Positions 1 to 11,954 of a DNA stretch of 64,000 nt are shown here, in pieces. The position numbers and the translations under genes are program-made. The notes under the pieces were generated by a model that worked only from the letters and a program-made list of their open reading frames with translations, did not search any database and was not told the origin of the DNA. This stretch comes from Octopus sinensis (taxonomy: Eukaryota). The stretch lies in assembly GCF_006345805.1 (NCBI RefSeq), contig NC_043001.1:42718001-42782000 (forward strand), written 5' to 3'. Numbering within the stretch: the first letter of the stretch is position 1; each line of letters starts with the position of its first letter.

Positions 1-174
1 AAAAAGCATTTGGATTTGCATAAGGATCTCTTCAGAAAGACTCAGGAAATAGTTGAATTAAAACTAGACAAACATCACTATGTCGAATCATACAGCCGAG
101 AAATAATCCGTAAACGGCATAAACGGTGGGAAGTTAGATTTTCAGATGAAGAATTTCCGAATCAATGGCACTTG
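1..174 (+). CDS. PCSK7: PCSK7-like exon (partial at window edge): end of pro-domain, RKRHKR cleavage site, start of catalytic domain (...RFSDEEFPNQWHL)
   Basis: Frame 1 is open; matches the kexin-family pattern RxKR...F.D..fp.QWHL; donor GTAAGT at 175, phase 0. Confidence 0.9.
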
Positions 175-766
175 GTAAGTGTTATTTTGATTGTATTCAT
201 TTATTTATTCATTTTTAATTTCTCATCTGCTACAATCACCATTGTGACTGGTTTGGTACTAAAGAACCTTGATGAAAAATATGGCAACAAAAGATAAGTC
301 ACGCAAAGACTGACTGTTATTTAAATGCTTTGTTTCAGATGAATACTAGTAGTTAATTGTCACAGTTACATTATTAGTAGTGAGAACTATTTTACAGAGA
401 TTGGAAAACATTCAATCATTAATAGCTTGCCCATCACTATTGTCTCACATTACTCATGGTGAAAGTTGCAAGCAAATTAATAATATAAAAAAGTAAAGAT
501 ATTTATAGAAATTTGAAACCTGAGAAATCTAAAAGGGTGAATGGAATGAAAAAAAAAGTCAGTTACTTATATGCAATTTAATTCAGTTTGTTGCCTACAT
601 GTGTCAGTTTTTAACTCATGTAATACACAAGCTAGGAGTGGTCTACTAATCCTTGTAGTGGATGGGGGAACAGTAGTATCAAATAATATATGCTTTGAAG
701 CATGGCAATCTGTCTCTCACATAACCAAATGCAATATCATTCAACCATGGTAATGGTTGAATATAT

Positions 767-1197
767 GGATCTTTTCAGTTTGAACGGCAGTTTTTAACAT
801 AATTTCTAAGTAACTAAAAAATTTTAAAGTTCGTATACTGGTAGAATGTGTTTATAAAACATCTTTTTCTCTTGGCTTTATTGAGAAAATTCTATAGTTT
901 GTAAGATATTTGTTGTTTTTTTTCTTCAATTTCTGCATTTTCAACCAATCAATGACGTCCATTGAGGTATAAAAAAAAAACATTCTGTGCCGTATGAATA
1001 TGTCCCTCGTTTAAGAAACAGATTGGGTTTATTTACATTTGTGAAGAAAAAAGATACCCTTCTCCCATCCCTAACCTTAACCAACCCTAACCCTAAAAGA
1101 GATTGAAATGCAATAGATCGATTCTAAGGTCATAATTATGGGTGACAATTTCATATGACACCGTTAGAAAAAACTGCCGTTCAAACCGAAGAGATCC
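767..1197. mobile_element. MITE, 431 bp, about 29-bp TIRs beginning GG, 8-bp TSD (Merlin-like signature)
   Basis: GGATCTTTTCAGTTTGAACGGCAGTTTTT ... AAAAACTGCCGTTCAAACCGAAGAGATCC; GAATATAT at 759-766 and 1198-1205. Confidence 0.85.
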
Positions 1198-1626
1198 GAA
1201 TATATTCTTACGTCCACCATTTCGTCAATCGCAGCAGCTTCCAAGCTTCATCACTGATTCAGTTCTCATCTATATTGCAAACTGTTAAGTTTTAAAGAGG
1301 ACACTTTGGCATGAATAGTTTGAGATTTGGTTCAGTAGAAAAAAAGTTAAATCAAAATATGTGAGGCCTAAAGGTGGGCAGTAAGGCACGTATTCATTTT
1401 CAATTAACAGAAATTTTTTTTATTTTGAAATAAAAGTATACTTTTTTTAGGCTTAGATGATAGAAAAATGCATGAGGAATTCAGAATCATTAGTCACATT
1501 CAACAAAAATTAGTAGAAAAAAAGTTATGAGGTGCAATGTCATGAAATGTAAAATGAGTAAGGGAGTAACGCCCCAAGCAGTAATTTTAAGAATATATTT
1601 CTAAAATGAATGTTTACATTCTAACA

Positions 1627-1925
1627 TGGTGAGCTGGCAGAAATGTTAGTGTGCCAGGCGAAATGCTTAGTGGTATTTAGTCTGCCGTTACGTTCTGAGT
1701 TCAAATTCCGCCGAGGTCGACTTTGCCTTTCATCCTTTCAGGGTTGATAAATTAAGTACCAGTTACGCACTGGGGTCGATGTAATCGACTTAACCCCTTT
1801 GTCTGTCCTTGTTTGTCCACTCTATGTTTAGCCCCTTGTGGGTAGTAAAGAAATAGGTATTTAGTCTGTCATTTCGTTCTGAGTTCAAATTCCACTGAGG
1901 TCGACTTTACCTTTCAACCTTTTGT
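1627..1925 (+). mobile_element. tRNA-derived SINE family A (full copy followed by a partial internal repeat)
   Basis: A-box-like TGGCAGAAATGTTAG, B-box-like GAGTTCAAATTCC, central GCCTTTCATCCTTT...AAGTACCAG block shared with more than 10 copies in the window. Confidence 0.85.
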
Positions 1926-2662
1926 ATACTTTATTTTTTCAATTGAATTGTTTAATAAAGTTATTTTTAATATGCTGTTGAATTAGAGTAAGTTTAACTT
2001 TTATTATTAATTTTCTCTTTCAGCTTTAATTAACTTGCTTTCTGATTTTTTAGCTTTTCCTTTTTAGTTGCTTTCCTTTTCTTTTTAGTTCATTAATGTG
2101 TTACATGCTTCAGATATATACATCTAAATTTATTGGGGCAGGAATATAGTCATTTTTGGCTGTCCATATAGGCAGGCCTGAAGGCATGTAGTAAGGCTGC
2201 CCAGAAAAGGTATTGGTTAAAAGTGCTTATATTCTAAATTTACTTTTTAAATTTCAAAATTAATTAAAAGAGATTTTTCATAAATCAAATTTATATTAAT
2301 GGGATGGAGGTAATTTTTACTTGTGTATATCTGATATGCTTTTATAATTACTGTTGCATTGAATAATTATTGATAGATCTAGATTAGCAGCAGTCAGTGC
2401 TGTTATCACCAACTCGAAATCTAGGTTACTTAAGGTGAGCCTGGTAACTGATGATTTTGCAGTCTTGTTGTTTGTAACCTTTGGTGAGCCATGGTTCAAC
2501 CAACAACATGGTAAAAATCCCTGCCATTAATTTGGTGTGAATGTGTAATATCAAATAATTCAATCACAACATATATTTAAATTAAACATGAAAAAAATTG
2601 AAATATTATCATTGCTTCCATGGAAAAATTGAAATATTATCTTTCAGTATCTTATAACTGGC

Positions 2663-2990
2663 TTCTGTGCCGGTGGCACGTAAAAGGGCACCATTCAAGC
2701 GTTTTTGTTACCAGCGTCGCCTTACTGGCACCTGTGCCGGTGGCATGTGTAAAAAGATTCGAGCAAGGTCATTGCCAGTACCGTCTGACTGGCCCCCGTG
2801 CCGGTGGCATGTAAAAAGCACCCACTACACTCTCGGAGTGGTTGGCATTAGGAAGGGCATCCAGCTGTAGAAACTCTGCCAGGTCAAGATTGGAGCCTGG
2901 TGCAGCCATCTGGTTCGCCATCCCTCAGTCAAAATCGTCCAACCCATGCTAGCATGGAAAGTGGACGTTAAACGATGATGATGATGATGA
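2663..2990 (+). mobile_element. RTE LINE 3' end fragment with (GAT)n tail
   Basis: Homologous to the 3' UTR of the long RTE at 44753-48131; ends CATGCTAGCATGGAAAGTGGACGTTAAACGATGATG. Confidence 0.85.
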
Positions 2991-3161
2991 TATATATATA
3001 TATATATATAAATAGATAGGTTTAAGAGACAGAATCACCCTCAAGCAACTCAATCATCATTGAACGACATTATCTATGATAGGTACATATGGGACTAAAT
3101 ATAAAAATTATCAAAATTAATACCTTCAATTCTTATTCTAAATCATATACTTTACATTATA

Positions 3162-3268
3162 TAGACTACGCGTGTTTCATGACAACAAATTCCTCGATAT
3201 TGCTGAAATAGAAGGTCTCAAAATACAATACCATATTAAAACGATTATATTGTCAATCTTCAGGTCTA
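3162..3268 (-). ncRNA. Type I hammerhead ribozyme-like motif
   Basis: Minus strand reads TAGAC-CTGAAGA-T-TGACAA-(64 nt)-TTGTCA-T-GAAAC-ACGC-GTA-GTCTA: complete core, stems I, II and III, GUA triplet. Confidence 0.65.
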
Positions 3269-3845
3269 GTTTATATGAACTTATTTTGCTACTTACATCC
3301 TATATAAAGACATGACAAACTATAATTATATAACTAGAAGCTGTCGGAATAATTTTACTTTTGTAAATTATGAACAGAAATGTGGAATAAAATTAGGAAC
3401 ATTTCTGTTCATTATTTACTAAAGTAAAATTATTCTGACAACTTCTAGTTATCCCTCATTTCTGTTCATTCTCTCCATAATGCTGGCTCACCCACATGGC
3501 GGGAAAACAACAGTTGTTTTACCAACTTAACAATAACAATGTTCAATAATTTTCAACAGTAACAAATATAATTCCAACAGCAGACCTTTGCAAACAGTAA
3601 CACAATCCAAAATAACAATTCCAATACACAAAAATCCAACAATATCAGCCAGCCGAAAAATTAAGACATTGTGCTTACCACCTTTATAGTTATCTAATAT
3701 TATCTAATTAGCATATAGTCAGAAGACTATGGTAAAGGCATGTGCTAAGTTCAACCCAGACTAACCCATTATTGCACTTTAATTTTATTCCCATGTTTTT
3801 ACGAAATTAGTTATCTAAGTTCAAATCATACCTATTATATTATTG

Positions 3846-4634
3846 GGATCTTGTCCTTTTGAACGGCACTTTGTAACATAATTTCTAGGTAACTAAAAAG
3901 TTTTAAACTTCGTATACTGGTAGAATGTGTTTATAAAACATCATTTTCTCTTGGCTTTATTGAGAAAATTCTATAGGTTGTAAGATATTTCGTCTTTAAT
4001 TTCAAGCATTTCGGCAATTTTAACCAATTGCTGATGTCCATTTAGGTAAATAACATTCTGTGCATAATGAATATGTCCCTCCTTTAAGAAACAGAATGGG
4101 TTTATTTACATTTGTGAAGAAAAAAAGATACCCTTCCCCAACCCCTAACCCTAAATCTAAAATAGATTGAAATGCAATAGATCGATACTAGGGCCATAAT
4201 TATGGGTGATATTTTCATTTGACACCACTAGAAAAAAATCCCATTTTCCGTAGCGGTGTTGTATGAAATTGCCACCCATAATTATAACCCTAGTATCGAT
4301 CTATTGCATTTCAATCTATTTTAGATTTAGGGTTAGGGGTGGGGGAAGGGTATCTTTTTTCTTCACAAATGTAAATAAACCCAATCTGTTTCTTAAAGGA
4401 GGGACATATTCATTATGCACAGAATGTTATTTACCTAAATGGACGTCAACGATTGGTTAAAATTTCCGAAATGCTCGAAATTAAAGATGAAATATCTTAC
4501 AACATATAAAATTTTCTTAATGAAGCCAAGAAAAAATGATGTTTTATAAATACATTCTACCAGTATATGAAGTTTAAAACTTTTTATTTACCTAGAAATT
4601 ATGTTACAAAGTGCCGTTCAAAAGGAAAAGATCC
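3846..4634. mobile_element. Palindromic 789-bp MITE: head-to-head dimer of the 767-1197 family, 8-bp TSD
   Basis: Arms of about 390 bp are reverse complements, centre near 4239; GGATC ends; TATTATTG at 3838-3845 and CATTATTG at 4635-4642. Confidence 0.88.
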
Positions 4635-5284
4635 CATTATTGCAACCTTATACTATAGCTATTGTTAATTTTTTTAATTATTTAATTATTATATTATGTT
4701 TTAATTATTATTATTATTTCTAATTTTTATATTTATTTAAAAATTTCTTCAAGAATGTAGAGTGGATCCTATGCGTACAAGCTGGTATTGCATTAGTAAA
4801 TTTATTCAACATAACATGATTATAGTTTTCCAATATAAAGTATGCTTCCCTGGTGCACAAACCACATCTAGTGGATCCGATTGCATATGGGGCGGGCGTC
4901 TGCAAGGATAGACCACAATAATTTGAATGCAACATTCCTTTCTTTAAGGTCATTTACATATGATGCCAATGCCGTAGATGTCCTATATTTAGGATCATTA
5001 AAAGAACTTTGGCTTCAGTACCTCTGCTTGAAGTTTATTGTACTACCAGTATATATTTTTCTCTGGCCATTTTGTGTTTCAATGCTACATTTATAAATAA
5101 CATTATCCTGGTAACAATTTCCGCTAATCAGACATCTTAGAGGGGCCCCTACAATTACACTTTTTACGCCCTTTATGGGGTCTACTGTTAGCATTATTCA
5201 GTATACCGATTGCTTCCGTCCTTCCAATGCTAGGATCCATAGTATTATTTGTACTTGCATTCATGCTAATTTCAGGTTTATTTA

Positions 5285-5289
5285 TTTTA

Positions 5290-5335
<46 letters not shown>

Positions 5336-5400
5336 CATTATTATTATTATCATCATTATCATTATTATTATTATCATCATTATTATTCATATTATCATTT
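5285..5400. repeat. (ATT/ATC)n trinucleotide microsatellite
   Basis: Directly visible; reads poly-Asn/Asp on the minus strand within the PLE frame. Confidence 0.95.
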
Positions 5401-6399
5401 GCATTATTAGTCATTCTTATACTTCTTTCATATTCAATTTCACGATTTGCATTACTACTATCATCAGTGCCATTAATGAATTTCCTATTATTGGTTTTAG
5501 TGTTCTTGCCAAAATTATTATTAACAATTCTATCATTATGGTATCTTATTTTATTCCTGTTCATTGGAGCGATAATAGACCCAAGATTGGGAGTGACCGA
5601 ATAAGCTAGCTTTATTGATGATTTATTGCATATTGAGTAATATTTATGATGTTTTGGGAAGTTTTCTTTCAATACTTTAAAGAATAATCTTGGTAGACCT
5701 TTCACTCTTAGTGAAAAGGGTGGGGTGAACCAAATAACCTGACGAATCATAGATTTGGTATTAAAAGTGGGCTTACAATATGTTGTTTGACTTAGTTTGC
5801 CATATGTAAAGCTATTCACGTTTTTATTTGTATTTATATTTTCATACTTGTTTCCACCTTCATTTGACATAAACCTAACTTTATAATTCTGTTATTTATA
5901 ATTCTTATTACTACCATCTCTACATCTGTTATTATCCTTATCATCCATGGTATCCACATTGGTTCTAGTTTTATTACTATTTTTATGATTATTACTTTCA
6001 TTTTCAACTTTATCTCCTTTATTACTATCATTGTTAAACTTCATTTTAAAGCATTATTATAGATAGGGCCATATTGATTAAAAATGTTTTCATTAGCTGA
6101 TAGGTTTGAGACTCTAATAGATATTGCAGTTACAATGCTATTGATGGTTGATTTAGGATGATTGGAGGATAGATTGATATTATTAAGTTTGATATCATTA
6201 AGTGGAATATATATATATTTATATATATGTGTATGTATTTATGCATATATACAGTTATATATGCATATGTATATATATATATATATATAATATATATATA
6301 TATATATTATATATATATATATGTATATATATATGTATGTGTGTGTGTGTGTGTGTGTCTTGGGAAGAGGTGACAAAAGATTGGGATGGCAGGTGATGT

Positions 6400-7800
6400 T
6401 CCATTCTCAAGATCTGCCTACTTCAGAGAAGCTTAAGCTAAGATTCTGGAAGCACAATGTGTGTGTTCAACTACTCCCCACTCCCACTTTGAACTAAATT
6501 TCTTCCTGAAGACATTCTTACCATCTATCATCTCTCTACTTGCACTATTCTGCTACTTTAGCATGAATAGAACTGCTTATATCAATTCCTTGATTCAATT
6601 TACTCAGGATTATATTATCCATACCATAAATCCCATGAGAGCTTCTATATGTTTATAGATTGTCATACCATCCCAGGTATGTTATTGATAGCTTAGAAGT
6701 ATTTTGATTAGGGTTTCCAAAATTTTTCCCTGCAGCATAAGTAACATAGCATTTTCTATTTTCAAGAGAACTATCAAGGTATCCTACTCTACTGCACCCA
6801 GTGTGAGACTATTACAGCTTCATCTAATAGGCTAAAACTTGCTAAATATAATATGGAGACCTGTTTTGGAGAAACAGATGACTGTGGGGGTACCCCATAA
6901 TTTAAGCTCAACCAAGATTGTAAACATCATAATGTCTTCTCCAAAAGAATTTGAACAGAGACTTAGCAGGAATTCCATAGATCTGAGTGAATCTCAACCT
7001 GGCACTCTAGGTCACAACAACCAGGCATGCATCTCACCGGTTGCTACAGCACATAGGGTGACTAACAAACCTGTCTAAGCTCCCATTTCCCTGGATGTAA
7101 CTTCAGAACATTTGCAAACTGTTCCCTGGGTGGGCAATGCATACTTATCAGTGTAGTCTATAAATGCGAGGTTTTGACACACAACAATACTACATAGATG
7201 CTGCAGATGACCCTCATGAAATATTCTACTGATAAGCACTCCTCCTGTATGAGACTCATGCACACTATGAGCTGAATATATCCATAATTTGGATGTTCAT
7301 AAGATTAGCTATAAATTGAAATGCTTGGTTCTGTGACATGCCATACTGAAGCATGGAGGTAGATGTCTATGCAGGTTATGTACAAAAGAAAGTTTAAAGA
7401 TGATATTAGCTAATATTCTTAATATGTACAGTGTCTTAGAATTAGGTGCATACACCATAAGAGCAAAACTTTCCAAACTTACTGGATTGGAAACTAATTG
7501 AACTATGCTGTCCTTACATTGATATTGGGATAATACCCATGCTATTCTCATTGTTTTTGCATTCTTAGTATGATCATTTTAATAAAATTCTGTCTAAGCA
7601 CCCCAATCTGTATACCCATGCATGGAGCCCCTTTTCCATCACATCTATCTATGAACATATCCCAGCTGTACTTGTGTCAGCAACATTTTTATATGGAGGA
7701 CTGGATTATAATGGTACTAGGAATAATGAGATGTGTAATAATGCTGAACATGATGCACGCACCAGCTTGAACATTGTCCAATCTCCTATATGTTTCTTCA
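6400..7800 (-). mobile_element. Highly decayed L1/Tx1-like LINE segment (APE endonuclease to start of RT)
   Basis: Minus-strand FALMVYAPN resembles the EN motif vnvYAPN; a frameshifted PG.DG-like motif lies downstream; weak. Confidence 0.3.
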
Positions 7801-7809
7801 GCATCCTTC

Positions 7810-9275
7810 CTTAAGTGTTGTTTCATTGAAAAAAGAAAAGATCCAAAAATTGATTCACTTTTAAACTTCCTTGGGTTATGTAAATACCTCAAGAGAATCA
7901 AGGTTTCGACCTTTCTTCTCTTATTATAACTATGCATAAGTCTTTCATGAAGATTTAGAGTCAAAGGGTTGCTGACAATATTAATTTTATTCAATAAAAA
8001 TTCTATAGAATATTCCGCTTTCAGTAAATCTGTATCATCAGCACAATAGCTTTCAAAATAATTTCTACTGGATGCAGAATTTCATATAGTAAATCGAGAG
8101 ATTTCCATTCTTCGTCAGCTACGGCATTTGTGGAAAGTACTGCTCGTAGAGTATTTGGAATGCAGCTTTTCAATTTCAAAAATCTCTCAATCATATGGAA
8201 TGTGCTATTCCACCTAGTTCTGCAATCCAGTATAAATTTATATTCTCTGTTATCAAAGTTCGCTCGTATAAAATCTTGTAAAATTTCATTTTTTGTCGGA
8301 GATTTACAGAAAAGTTTTGAAATTTTTCTTACCTTATTTAAAACTTTGTTAAATTCAGGTTTTAGCTGGGGAAAACAAGCATTTTTGTGAGCCAAATCTG
8401 TTTGAAAAAGTATATCTTGTTCGCTTATGTCAGCTTCATCATCACTCTCATCTGTTATAGCGATCTCTTCACTTTTTTTATCAGTCTCATTGGTTGAGGC
8501 AATATTTTCAATATTTTTTTGATAGAGAATGTCGATCACAGACAGATGTATGCAATGTGAGACATTGTTGGTGATCAGGTTTTATTTCTTTTCCAAATTT
8601 CACCATCATAGAAGCACCATCTGTCGTACAGCCAACAATGTATATATCCAATCCAATCCAAATTCACGAAGATGTCCTCTCACAAATTTCTCTGTTTTCC
8701 TGCTACTAAGGGAGCCATGGATCTCAATAAGACCCAACGACCAATGATTGTCTTTCCTATGAACATTTATGTTCATATATCGCTTATTTTGAATTGATGT
8801 ATATTCATCCAATGTCAATGAGTAGCGAATCCCCAGCGCTACTTCTTTTTCGAAATAATGAATAAGTTCTTCTTTCTTGGTTATGTAATAATTCATTACC
8901 ATATTCCTGACTCCGTTTGCAGACGTTGGTTGTAATTTATCATATTTGCCTCTCTGACTATGAAGATTTCTCTGTATAAAATTACTTTTGGCGATTGAAT
9001 TGAATGAGAATCCATCCATAGCAGCTAACTTTGAAACTTCTTCCATCGATTTCTTTGTTAAAAAGTGTTCCATTGTTCTTGTCATTTTCACAGGAGGCTG
9101 GTTTATATCTTGATTTATGTTGATTTGATGAATTTTCTTCAAGTACAAGATCAGAGACGTAGCAGATCCTCCAGAAAACTTCATGAACTTATCACACTTA
9201 TTGCATTGAGCTTCATCTTTGTTTTTCCTATCAAAAAAATTCCAAACAGTTGATTTTCTTTTTATCATGCTAGGG
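7810..9275 (-). mobile_element. hAT (Ac/ZBED-like) transposase pseudogene
   Basis: BED finger (STVWNFF...AQCNKC...MK..G.ATS.L..H-like), LTLDEYTS and LDCRTRWNST motifs in broken frames 9268-8606 and 8539-8021; no TIRs found. Confidence 0.85.
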
Positions 9276-10745
9276 CTAATGAAAATAATTAAGAAAAAAT
9301 TTAGTTAGTGTTACTTCCTTGAAATGAATGTGGAACTGGTTATTACATATGCTCATGGGGGAAAGATCACCTGACTGAAGACTAACTGCATCCCCTTGAC
9401 TTGCTATGAATAAACTCTGTTACCTCCAAATTCAAAGAGTCAGCCAGAGGTTAGCGAAGGAAATAACAAGGTGCTGATCTAAGGTTCAAGGGGAGAGAAG
9501 GTGAGAATTGATATGTTGCGATATGTTTCAATGAAGCAGACAGCACTCTCAACTAAAGGCGACCGACAACAGTTCAGTTAGTTCAGTTTCAACAATATTT
9601 CTTCAAAAGAAAAAAATGTTTTGCGAAAAAAAAAAAAGAAACAGCAAGCATTAAAATTGGTTTTGGCAAATCCATTTCAGTTTTACTGATCATAATATAA
9701 AACCAGTTTCGAGCCTTTTATCTACTTCTTTCATTCTGCTGCCCATCACCCTGTATTCTACTACTCCATTGATGTTATAGTTAATTTGCATAATGAGGAT
9801 ATATAATGAGTGAATTTAATACTATGCTTTGCTAGTGCCATAACAGAATGTACCCAGCATATTGTATAAAGAGTAAACACAGTAAAGTAGTTGGTGATAG
9901 GAACCATCTAACTTTAGAAACCAAACTAGAATTAAAATGTATAAGCGAAACATGTTTCACCAATCAACTCCAGAAAAGCAGAAACACTAAATAAGAACCA
10001 TCTTGGACCTTGAACCAGCCAATCCATGCCAGTATGGAAGGTATATGTTGGGTGAGGGCATTGCAGAACTGGTTAATCATTCACCCACACACAGTATCTG
10101 GGGCATCACACCCCAGGAAACACAAGAAGCAAATGTATCATATTCACTCTCCTAAGTCTTATTGAACCTTTCTCCTTCATCTGTTCCCAATATCCCTCAA
10201 ATTTATACAAATTTAGCTTTTTATTGAAAACAACTTAGCAAATTCAAAAGACATCTTCAGAGCTATTTCATTTACAATCCAAGTAACTATCATATTTTAT
10301 ATGAAAGAAAATAAATGAGTTTACATCTGTCAAGTATTAAATTGAAAATTTAATTTTTTATTTTTTACAAATAACAGTTTATTTATAATTATCTTTATTT
10401 ATCTTTAATTTATGTACATATATGCAAATGCTTTTACCTTTCTATACTTTGTTTTATTTCTGTTATTTTTTAATCTTGTTTTTACTGTCATTATGTTGCA
10501 AATTAGAACATGCAAGCTGCTACCATAGTTTCCATTGCCTCTGTGTATGTGCGACCATTATGTATATGTGTTTATATGTATTTTAATGTTCATTTGAATA
10601 TGACTCTGGAAAAGCTTCCTGTTATGGTCACTAGCCTGAGCAGTAACAACTTACCCCCTCTTTCTTATATAATATATATAGCCTCCTGTTGACCAATATG
10701 TTGAAAAACAGAATTCGGTAGATGAATCTGTATAAAAGCGTGTTT

Positions 10746-10782
<37 letters not shown>

Positions 10783-11527
10783 AAACTATGCACATCAGCA
10801 AAAAATTTACTGGTAACCAGTGTGTCAAATTAAGATAGTTTGTGGTTATATTCTTCCCAAGTTACACAGGCCATTCCTTGTCGCTCTTGCACTCAGAAAT
10901 TTAGTGAACTAATGACACTATTATTCACAAAATCTGTTATTGTAAAAAACACAAAGTTACCAGTTGAATTTAAGAGAGCTCACACTGAGTAAAAATTCAA
11001 CATCCCCTTGCTACACATAAAAATTTCCACCGGGAAATGTTGAGCTATTCAAAAACTTTTACTCTGTATTTAAATAATAAGTCACCTATTTTTAATATGC
11101 TTTTCCATGCTGGAATGGGTTGGCTAGATCAATTTCAACACAGCAGCTCTTCACTTGTTGCAGTCCTTCATCATTTCGTTTGTACAGTTCAGCATTTTGA
11201 TATCAGTCCTCACCACTTCTGTCTATATTTTTTGGGTCTTCCTCTTCTGTAGTTCCCATCTCCACTTTTTACCCAGCTATATTTCTTTAAATACAGTACA
11301 TGTTCATACCAAAGCAATTTTTTCTCTTGCGCATTACAGTGAATACCTTTGATGTTCATTTTTTCTCTCAGCACATTTGTGCTCTGTTGTTAATGAACAT
11401 GGGCATTACACATCCAGTGGAGTATGCTCACCTCATTTCTTTTCAACCTTTGCATATCCTTTACATTTGTCACTTCAATTAAGTGTTATTTCTGTCTGAG
11501 TATTGGACTCGGTTCTATTTATTTTAG

Positions 11528-11624
11528 AATAACCCCAAGAATCCAGAGATGGATATTGATGTTATGCGCGTTTGGAAGCACAATGTTACTGGTAAAAACA
11601 TTGTTGTAGCTGTTGTTGATGATG
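11528..11624 (+). CDS. PCSK7: PCSK7-like exon NNPKNPEMDIDVMRVWKHNVTGKNIVVAVVDDG (catalytic Asp)
   Basis: TTTTAG acceptor, GTAAGA donor, 97 nt, phase 0 to 1. Confidence 0.95.
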
Positions 11625-11954
11625 GTAAGAAATGATATTGGCATTTATCTATATTTCTTTTTTGTTGTGGTACAAACACCATAAAGTGTTAGCAAGTCTT
11701 AACAAACCAAGTTTATGGTGCATATTCAATTCCGGGTAGTACCATTTCACTTCTGTTGCTATCTGCACCTTACTATTCAAGATCAAAAGGCTAGAGAGGA
11801 ATGAAGTGTTACTAGGCTAACTTATCCACATCACATTACATGAAGTCAAAGTCTCATAAGACTTAAAGGCCCAATTTTGATTCTTGAACCAACCCAATGT
11901 AGTTACTCTATTAATACTCTCAGGAAATAAATGAATATCACAACTACCTATGAA

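Larger units (their letters stand above)
3011..6204 (-). mobile_element. 5'-truncated Penelope-like retroelement (Naiad/Chlamys-like): RT-thumb/linker/GIY-YIG pseudo-ORF at about 6200-4720, then a 3' region with a hammerhead motif; MITE nested at 3846-4634
   Basis: Minus-strand SNHPKSTI..I..R.S.LSANENIF, VIWFTPPFS...KLAYS, CNC, VIY...TG...FKQRY, C.LC.REAY.I...LN...C.H motifs with stops and frameshifts; (TA)n tracts on both flanks. Confidence 0.75.

Noticed and set aside
1069-1095. CCCTAA repeats as an interstitial telomere (also at about 4141 and 4330)
   Set aside because: Only a few imperfect units, and they are an internal part of the MITE family.
5015-5017. In-frame TGA in the Naiad-like GIY-YIG region as possible selenocysteine
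   Set aside because: It is not at a Cys ligand position, nearby frameshifts show decay, and no SECIS was recognised.
5175-5609. Poly-Ile and poly-Leu ORFs that look like membrane proteins
   Set aside because: They are plus-strand readings of the (ATT)n microsatellite inside the PLE.
9328-9594. Possible solo LTR (TG...CA with AATAAA)
   Set aside because: No TSD, PBS or PPT, and no second copy in the window.
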